Source: a virus (lineage: Duplodnaviria; Caudoviricetes). From it: DNA of 64,000 bases. The stretch lies in IMG/VR virus record IMGVR_UViG_3300020112_000486, positions 6,651-70,650 of that record. One strand, 5' to 3'. This document shows, one piece after another, positions 57,325 through 64,000 of the stretch. Positions within the stretch are counted from its first letter, which is position 1, and the number at the start of each line of letters is the position of its first letter. The notes beneath the pieces were generated by a model that made no database searches, had not been told where the DNA came from, and saw only the letters and a program-made list of their open reading frames with translations. A program made the position numbers and the translations under genes.

Positions 57325-58932
57325 ATGGATTTTCAATTATGGAACCCGTTCTCTAGCCGATTCTTGCAGGTGATACCTGATAAGGCACAGACTAGAGAAA
57401 AAGAAACAAAGCTAAATTCATACGGTGTTGGTGAAGACACACTTGACTTGGGTAAGCTCATTCGCGGCTATTCAAATTCAAGCACAGTAACCACATACCC
57501 ATTTGAACAGAATAACATTGTCTTTGATACCTTGTTCACAACAAAGCGTCAGCGCGTGAACTGGTACCGCACAATGTCAAACTATTCATTCGTCAAGAAA
57601 CTTATCAATATCATTTGTAATGAATGTGTTGCTAAGGGCGTAAACGGCGAAATGGCAAGGCTAGAAATTGACCCTGCATATCGCGACCAGTTTACTGATT
57701 ATGAATACAATTCATTGGTCAAGGAATTTAACTACATCATTAACGCTGTGCTTCAAAAGAATAAGCTCAAAAAGCTTTTCCGTAAGTGGCTTATTGACGG
57801 TGAATTATTCCTTGAAGTTTGCTTGAATGATGAAGGCGACTGTATCGCTGGTGTTAAAGCATTGCCTCCGTACTGCACGCTTTGTGTTTACAATGAAGGC
57901 ATTTTGACTGGCTTTGTTCAGGACCCATCTTTGATTAGCCCAGAACATTCAAAGAATGAAATTAAAACATTTACACGAAACCAAATCGCTTATTCAAATT
58001 ACGGCGTTTACGGCAATAACCTTAATGATGTCAAGGGACACCTTGAGGCTGCCATTCGTCCAGTGAATATGCTTCGCGCTTTGCAGGACGCACAGAACGT
58101 TTATTTCCAGACCCGTGCTCCTGAAAAACGAATTTGGAAAATTGCTGCTGGTAGTAAGCCTCCTGCTCAGCAACAGGAATACTTACAACAGTGCATCTAT
58201 CAGTATCGTCAAGATCTTCGTTTGGATCCTCATACAGGCCTTGTAAACGGTGCACAAAATACACAAGCATTGACTCAGGACTTCTGGTTTACAACTGACC
58301 GTAATGGCCAGGGTTCAACGGTTGAAACATTCCAGGGTGGACAAACACTTCAGGGTTTGACTGAATCTATTCAGAGCTATCGTGAAGAAGTTGCTGATGC
58401 TATGGAAGTTCCGGGTACTCGTTGGAAGGGTGAACCGGGTTCATCACAGTATGTTCAGGGCGTTGAAGGTTTGAGCATTGATGAAAGCTCATTCCAGTTA
58501 CGCTGTGATGAATGGGCTAGCGATTTTGTTGAAATCATTAAGCAGCTTCTTATCGTTCAGCTACAGGTTGCTGGCTACGATGAAAAGTATTTGGACAATA
58601 AGATTTACAACATCTCATTGATTCCTGCTACTGATACAACAAAATATCGTGAAATGGCTCTCGCAGAAAAACGCGCTGCTGTTCTTGGTTCTGTTGCTAC
58701 TATGATGCCTACCAGAGCTAATATCAAGGACAATGGTGACGAAGCTCCTCCGATGTTTGCTACTAACTTCGTATTGGGAGAAATGTGTGGTTATTCAACT
58801 GAACAGTTAATGAAGAATCGCCAGTCTCTTGAAAACGAAATCGCTGAAATGAGAATTAAGGCTGAAGCTGCTAAGGAAGAAGGCGGCGACGATTCTGAAG
58901 ATGGCGGCGATGACGGAGACATGGACTTCTAA
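57325..58932 (+). CDS. gp20: Portal protein
   Basis: FRKWLIDGELF, RAPEKRIW, QDFWFTTDRNGQGSTVETFQGGQ, IDESSF; acidic tail. Confidence 0.92.
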   Translation: MDFQLWNPFSSRFLQVIPDKAQTREKETKLNSYGVGEDTLDLGKLIRGYSNSSTVTTYPFEQNNIVFDTLFTTKRQRVNWYRTMSNYSFVKKLINIICNECVAKGVNGEMARLEIDPAYRDQFTDYEYNSLVKEFNYIINAVLQKNKLKKLFRKWLIDGELFLEVCLNDEGDCIAGVKALPPYCTLCVYNEGILTGFVQDPSLISPEHSKNEIKTFTRNQIAYSNYGVYGNNLNDVKGHLEAAIRPVNMLRALQDAQNVYFQTRAPEKRIWKIAAGSKPPAQQQEYLQQCIYQYRQDLRLDPHTGLVNGAQNTQALTQDFWFTTDRNGQGSTVETFQGGQTLQGLTESIQSYREEVADAMEVPGTRWKGEPGSSQYVQGVEGLSIDESSFQLRCDEWASDFVEIIKQLLIVQLQVAGYDEKYLDNKIYNISLIPATDTTKYREMALAEKRAAVLGSVATMMPTRANIKDNGDEAPPMFATNFVLGEMCGYSTEQLMKNRQSLENEIAEMRIKAEAAKEEGGDDSEDGGDDGDMDF

Positions 58933-59639
58933 TGGAATACCAAGGACAAAAAGCAATAATTAGCCTAACTTCCTGGAAAGGAAGAATAGGCTTTACAACA
59001 CCAGTAGCAATTTATAACCTAATTAACAAATGCCCAGATTTTCATATTGTGCTATGCTTAAGCGAAGATGAATTTCCGCAGAAAGAAAAAGATCTTCCGT
59101 TACTAATACAGCAGCTAGCAGAAACACGCATTGAAATTTTATGGGTAAAACGAAACTATAAAACACTTAAAAAGGTTTTGTTTACGATGGCTAAGTATCG
59201 TAATGTGCCTGTTATTTCTGCTGATGATGATTTACTATACACGTGTAATTATGCTCAAGCTTTGTATGATGCGTGGGTAAACAGCCGAAATAAAATTGTG
59301 ACTATGGGATTAGAAGATTTCCGCAATGGAAATTACACCGCCGGCTGTGGGACTTTATATTCACCTGGTTGTTTTGAAGATCTAGATGATATTATCACTA
59401 GTATAAATAAACCTGAAAACGAAATATACTTTGATGATGACGACGCATTTATGGAAGTTCAGCGCTGTAACCATCTTATCGTTCCTGAACACGTTCATTT
59501 TGATGGTCCGACATATGAACAGTTAGCAACAACGGCACATCAATATGAAGTTTATACTGTTGCAGAATTACATGGTAAGATTAGAATGAAACAGGGTAAA
59601 GACACAAACGGTTTCATCTTTACTTACTTAGGACTGTAA
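58932..59639 (+). CDS. Glycosyltransferase-like protein (paralog of 9496)
   Basis: IISLTSWKGRI...CLSEDEFPQKEKDLP...ISADDDLLY; TAATG-coupled to portal. Confidence 0.65.
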   Translation: MEYQGQKAIISLTSWKGRIGFTTPVAIYNLINKCPDFHIVLCLSEDEFPQKEKDLPLLIQQLAETRIEILWVKRNYKTLKKVLFTMAKYRNVPVISADDDLLYTCNYAQALYDAWVNSRNKIVTMGLEDFRNGNYTAGCGTLYSPGCFEDLDDIITSINKPENEIYFDDDDAFMEVQRCNHLIVPEHVHFDGPTYEQLATTAHQYEVYTVAELHGKIRMKQGKDTNGFIFTYLGL

Positions 59640-59675
59640 ACATTATAAATAAAATATAGAAAGGAGATTTTAATC

Positions 59676-60257
59676 ATGGCCGAAAACAATATGAGCGTTT
59701 TTACTACTAAGATTAAGAACTTAGAAGACCTTGCTAAACAGTATCTATTTCAGGTAACATTCAAGTTTGATAATAAAGCACTAGCTGATATGCTTGGCAC
59801 TGAAGATTTGATGCTTCGTGCTAAGACTGCATCTATGCCTGCTAAATCATTCGGTGAATTAACCACTGAATATATGGGCTCAAAGCTTGTTTACCCTGGT
59901 AAGGCAACTGTAGATGGTGACCTTTCCATTACATTTGATGAATTCCAGGATATGACAATTTCTAAGACATTCCATCGCTGGCAGAACTTGATGTTTAACC
60001 ATGCCATTGATGATGACATTGATGCACAAGGCACCACAGGTGGCGCATATTCAAATATGCTTAAGGATTATACTGCAACTATCACTGTTGACTTGTATGA
60101 TTCTACTTTGACTACAAAGCTACCTATTTCCTATGAATTCAAGTTTGCATGGCCTAAGGAATTTACATCTGCAGAATTGAATATGGAAGGTGACGGCAAG
60201 ATTCAGCGTTCTGTCACATTTAAGTATTCTACTTATAAAGTAATTTCAAACCGTTAA
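59676..60257 (+). CDS. gp19: Tail tube protein
   Basis: LAKQYLFQV, AKTASMP, YMGSKLVYPG, ITFDE, WQNL, FAWPK, VTFKY. Confidence 0.85.
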   Translation: MAENNMSVFTTKIKNLEDLAKQYLFQVTFKFDNKALADMLGTEDLMLRAKTASMPAKSFGELTTEYMGSKLVYPGKATVDGDLSITFDEFQDMTISKTFHRWQNLMFNHAIDDDIDAQGTTGGAYSNMLKDYTATITVDLYDSTLTTKLPISYEFKFAWPKEFTSAELNMEGDGKIQRSVTFKYSTYKVISNR

Positions 60258-60267
60258 GAGGTAAACA

Positions 60268-60615
60268 ATGGATTTAGCACAGTACGCCATCAGCGAGTTG
60301 GAAAGCACTCGCCCCGTAAATGAATCTACATCGGTCTACGGTAAGACTGATGTATTCAAGGGTGATAAGTACTGCGGTCCTCACCATCACGATTACGTTT
60401 TGTGGGCACCCCAGATTGGTTGGGGCAAGACCGGTGACGCATTAGACGATCCTGAAAAGGGCAAGATCTGTGCTGGAACCCATGAACATATGATTGTGGA
60501 TGGTAAGGTACTTGAAGCATTTGGGCATACTCATAAGCTTCTTGCAGGTACTAATGTTCTAGATACAAACCCTGCTCCAATGCAGGCAACAAAGGTAGTG
60601 GAGGTTGACGACTAA
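60268..60615 (+). CDS. His-rich putative metal-binding protein
   Basis: HHHDY...GTHEH...GHTHKL spacing; VNES candidate cleavage site. Confidence 0.5.
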   Translation: MDLAQYAISELESTRPVNESTSVYGKTDVFKGDKYCGPHHHDYVLWAPQIGWGKTGDALDDPEKGKICAGTHEHMIVDGKVLEAFGHTHKLLAGTNVLDTNPAPMQATKVVEVDD

Positions 60616-61088
60616 TGGAAAACGAAGTTCAAATTGAAGTTCAGACAACTGCTCAGAAAGAACAGGTTCCAACCGACTTCCTCTCATTCCTTGCTAGCAC
60701 AACAGACAATGAATGTTCAAAACTTTACACCTTTGCAGTTGATGCACTAACATTTTCAAACAAAGTAAACATTTATCATTGGACTTGTAAGTCCGGTTTC
60801 CAGCATACACACTTTGAAGAAGTTTACGAAATTATCAGAAAGTTTGCTGACAAGCTCGTTGAAACGGTCATGTCAATGGGTTACGAATTTAAGATCGAGT
60901 CAAAGAACTATCTGATTAACGGTGAACTATTTGATTTTGAAGGTGCTATGCTAAAGCTTCAGGCATTCCGAGATGAGCTAGAAGCGAAAAAGAAACAATA
61001 CTCTACAAAGATTTCTTTGGATAATCTCTTTGGTGATACCATTGAGGCGTTAGATAAGGAAATTGGACTCTTGAAGAATTTTACCTAA
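60615..61088 (+). CDS. Ferritin/Dps-like four-helix protein (DUF5856-type)
   Basis: IYHWTCKSGFQHTHFEEVYE...DKLVE. Confidence 0.65.
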   Translation: MENEVQIEVQTTAQKEQVPTDFLSFLASTTDNECSKLYTFAVDALTFSNKVNIYHWTCKSGFQHTHFEEVYEIIRKFADKLVETVMSMGYEFKIESKNYLINGELFDFEGAMLKLQAFRDELEAKKKQYSTKISLDNLFGDTIEALDKEIGLLKNFT

Positions 61089-61235
61089 GGGTTTAAAACA
61101 TACTGCCGTGGACTGAAACATGTCCACGGTTTTTCAGACTTATAAACCTAGGATATTTGGTTTGAAAACCTAATAAATAATTTAAGAGTATGGAAATAAC
61201 ACATCTCGGTGTATAAAACAAATTGGAGGATTAAC

Positions 61236-62198
61236 ATGGATAAGATTATTGAAAAACTTGCTGGTGTCCTTTCCGCAGAAGACTTGAATGAAGTCAAGGC
61301 TGCATTTGAGGCTGCTGTTACTGAACGCTTGCAAGCTAAACTCGATGAAGAAACTTCAAATCTTGCCAAGAAAGCTGAAGAATTCTGCCAGTTGAGAATC
61401 AAGGAAGCAGTTGAAAAGAAGACTGCTGAATTGGAAAACCTTGCTAATAAGTATTGTGAAGAACGCTGTGCCAAGATTACTGAAAAGGCACAGGCTCGCC
61501 TTGATGCTCAAACCAAGCAGTTGGAAGAAGCAGCTCAGCAATACATTTACATGTTCTTTGAAGAAAAGTATCAGGAACGTTGCGGCGAGGATCTCAAAGA
61601 GCTCGAAGAACGCTTGATTGGTAACCTTGACAATTATCTTGAATATACTATCTCCGAAAAGATTAGTCCTGCACTCATCAAGAAGACTGCTATCAACGAA
61701 ACATATGAACCGATCATTAAGCTCATTCAGAATGCTTTTGAAGACAAGTTTGTGCCGCTTGACACAACTGGTACTCGTAAGATTCAGGAATGCAAGGTTG
61801 AAAATGCTCAGTTGAGAAAGGATCTTGCTACACAGTGCAACGAAGTTCACCGCTTGAATGAAATGGTGGACAAGGCTAATAAGCGTGCCCTTATCGCTGA
61901 AAAGACTGCAGGCATGACACCTAACCAGGTTGCTCGTGTTAAGAACATCTTTGAAAGCAAGAGCTATGCTACTACAAAGAAGGAAATTGATTCCTATGTT
62001 GAAGTTATGAATGAACGCGCCCCTATCATGAAGAGACCGACTCAGCGCCTTCAGGAAAACACAACATTGAAAACAAAATCCTTGAATGTAGAAGATACCA
62101 CGGAAGATATCATTACTGAAAAATTCCAGCCAAAGAAGAAAATGTCACAGACGGATTCCTTCTTGCTCCAGGCTGCTCACTTTTCAAGAGAAAAATAA
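61236..62198 (+). CDS. gp22: Prohead core scaffolding protein
   Basis: Long coiled coil (FEAAVTERL, LDNYLEY), directly upstream of the MCP. Confidence 0.8.
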   Translation: MDKIIEKLAGVLSAEDLNEVKAAFEAAVTERLQAKLDEETSNLAKKAEEFCQLRIKEAVEKKTAELENLANKYCEERCAKITEKAQARLDAQTKQLEEAAQQYIYMFFEEKYQERCGEDLKELEERLIGNLDNYLEYTISEKISPALIKKTAINETYEPIIKLIQNAFEDKFVPLDTTGTRKIQECKVENAQLRKDLATQCNEVHRLNEMVDKANKRALIAEKTAGMTPNQVARVKNIFESKSYATTKKEIDSYVEVMNERAPIMKRPTQRLQENTTLKTKSLNVEDTTEDIITEKFQPKKKMSQTDSFLLQAAHFSREK

Positions 62199-62281
62199 AA
62201 AGTCAAATAATAAATAAAATAAAATGACAAGCTAAATAGTTTGTCCCAGTGATTTAATTCAAAAACTCATCGGAGGATTAA

Positions 62282-63565
62282 ATGAGAGGAATCAGACAAG
62301 AAATCGTTGAGCGCTGGACAAAGGAAGTTCCGGAAGGAATTTCTGTTGCCGACATTCAGAATCGCTATATCCGCGAAAACGTCGCTCAGTTGATGGAAAA
62401 CCAGCAGAATGATGCAATGCATTCTACATTGAACGAAGACTTTGGTATTGGCGTGGGCGCTCCGCTCGGTGCTGACCAGGGTATCCCACACGGTGGTGAC
62501 GCTAAGGCAGTTTTTGCTCCAGTTTCACTTGCACTCGTTCGCCGTGTGTTCCCGCAGTTGTTCGCAAACGTTCTCGTTGGCGTTCAGGCAATGCAGGGTC
62601 CTGTAGGTCTTGCTTACGCTATGCGTACAGTTTATAAGGACGAACTTGACCAGGGTAAGGTTGTTGAAGCTGCATGGAAGGACGTTCCAGAATACTCTGG
62701 CTTCACAGGTTCTACTGCTAACACAAGCGGCAAGATTGACGCAGGTACTGCAGTTGAAACTCAGGCTGCTGAAGGTTGGTCTATCAATGATCATGACAAG
62801 CAGGGTAAGATCCCTGAATTGGCTATCATGTTCAGCCGTCAGGCTATCGTAGCTGGCACTCGTAAGATTGCTTCTAGCTTCAGCCTTGAATCTATTGATG
62901 ACATCAAGAAGATGCAGGGTGTTGACATGGTTAACGACATGGTTAACGTTCTTCAGTACGAATTGACTGCTGAAATTGACCGTGAAACAATCGCTCGTTG
63001 TAAGGCTCTTACCAAGCTCAAGACAATCCGTCCTGCTGCTGAAGCTGCTACTGACGGTTGGTCTGGTCGTTGGTCTCAGGAACGTTTGAGCAACATTGTT
63101 ACTCACATTATCGCTGCTTCTAACGATATTGCTATCGCAACTCGTAAGGCACCTGGTAACATTGCTGTTGTTTCTCCTGCTGTCGCAACTGCTCTTCAGT
63201 CTGCAACACAGTTCTTCAACAAGATCACACACGAAGTAACAGGTTCTACTGCAACAGTTGAAGTTGGTGCTTTGAACGGTGGTCAGATTAAGGTTTACCG
63301 CGATGCTTACGCTGTAAATAAGGGCGTTGATAACGAAGAAGTTCTCATCGCTTACAAGGGCGCATCTAACGATGACGCTGGCGTAATCTTCTGTCCGTAC
63401 GTTACTGGCGTGGTTAACCAGGCTATTGACCCGAATACATTCAGCCCTCGTATCGGTATCATGACTCGCTATGCATTCGCTAACAACATGCTCGGCGCAG
63501 ACAACTACTACCGTACATTGAAGTTCGAAGGTCTTGCTGGTAAGATTGCTGGTGATACATACTAA
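62282..63565 (+). CDS. gp23: Major capsid protein
   Basis: AQLMENQ..LNE propeptide, LVRRVFP, VGVQAMQGPVGLAYAMR, ELTAEIDRE, IFCPYV, FSPRIGIMTRYA. Confidence 0.96.
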   Translation: MRGIRQEIVERWTKEVPEGISVADIQNRYIRENVAQLMENQQNDAMHSTLNEDFGIGVGAPLGADQGIPHGGDAKAVFAPVSLALVRRVFPQLFANVLVGVQAMQGPVGLAYAMRTVYKDELDQGKVVEAAWKDVPEYSGFTGSTANTSGKIDAGTAVETQAAEGWSINDHDKQGKIPELAIMFSRQAIVAGTRKIASSFSLESIDDIKKMQGVDMVNDMVNVLQYELTAEIDRETIARCKALTKLKTIRPAAEAATDGWSGRWSQERLSNIVTHIIAASNDIAIATRKAPGNIAVVSPAVATALQSATQFFNKITHEVTGSTATVEVGALNGGQIKVYRDAYAVNKGVDNEEVLIAYKGASNDDAGVIFCPYVTGVVNQAIDPNTFSPRIGIMTRYAFANNMLGADNYYRTLKFEGLAGKIAGDTY

Positions 63566-63616
63566 TCGGTAGACGGTAAATTAACAAGAAACATTTTTTC
63601 ATAGGAGAAATAAAAT

Positions 63617-64000
63617 ATGAAACCTACAGTTCAAGCTCCTGACTTCTACAAGATTGGTAATGACTACGTTCAGGCACCGCTTTCTAGCTTCTACGACATG
63701 ACACCGCTCACACTCGAAGATGCTATCGCTCGTGGCAATTCTGCTCTCGAAGGTGAACCTAAGTACTATCAGGATGGCATCTATACTAAGCTTGCTGCTG
63801 ATCTCGCAGCTGGCGAATACAGCGCTACTCCGTTCAAGAATCCGGCAGGCTTTAACAAGCGCCGCGTATTCGTTGACAATACTGATGCAAATCTTCCTGA
63901 AGGTGTTGTTTTCAATACTACAGAAAACAACGAAACCCAGCCTGCAGTTCGTGAAGAACAGTATGGCAAGGGAGATATCATCGTTGATGGCATTAACGAA
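63617..64000 (+). CDS. Partial ORF after the MCP (runs off window), probable head-associated protein
   Basis: AGGAG SD, ATG 63617, open to 64000 (MKPTVQAPDFYK...). Confidence 0.6.
   Translation, partial: MKPTVQAPDFYKIGNDYVQAPLSSFYDMTPLTLEDAIARGNSALEGEPKYYQDGIYTKLAADLAAGEYSATPFKNPAGFNKRRVFVDNTDANLPEGVVFNTTENNETQPAVREEQYGKGDIIVDGINE

Noticed and set aside
61356-63232. Long minus-strand ORFs (e.g. 61356-61850, 62525-63232) and other antisense ORFs in the track
   Set aside because: They lie opposite well-supported + strand genes, lack recognisable motifs, and are best explained as shadows of biased codon usage.
1-64000. TAG/TGA stop-codon recoding
   Set aside because: Conserved genes are uninterrupted in code 11, and TAG ends genes at expected positions (e.g. 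IF-1, helicase).
1-64000. tRNA genes, CRISPR or other spacer-repeat arrays
   Set aside because: No cloverleaf with T-loop/CCA and no regularly spaced non-coding repeats were seen in any intergenic region.

Overview
A 64 kb segment of a large T4-like (myovirus) phage genome. Nearly all genes lie on the + strand, standard code fits, and an anaerobic host is likely because of NrdD. T4-like core genes are present but scattered: gp2, gp13, gp14, gp15, gp16, the N-half of gp17, gp18, gp19, gp20, gp21, gp22, gp23, gp25, gp53-like, gp68-like and RegA. They are mixed with a two-subunit type IIA topoisomerase, NrdD, a DinG-like helicase, a C5 DNA methyltransferase, an amidase, IF-1, a radical SAM enzyme, four glycosyltransferase-like genes and six free-standing nuclease genes. 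T4-type late promoters ((T/A)ATAAATA) and intrinsic terminators punctuate the region. Main observations: (1) a recurrent two-part hairpin motif tied to three nuclease genes, whose loops are complementary only within each locus, and which is permuted around the ORF at one locus; (2) the terminase ATPase half ends in a 38-aa split-intein N fragment with no C half in the window; (3) about 10 unrelated proteins share an N-terminal LxEAxxILxKNGY leader, probably a capsid-targeting tag; (4) a small protein carries a 22/27-identical copy of the mature major-capsid N-arm followed by a polybasic tail; (5) a ~280-nt intergenic region looks like a multi-pseudoknot ncRNA. All protein calls come from motif recognition by eye; no database search or folding was run.
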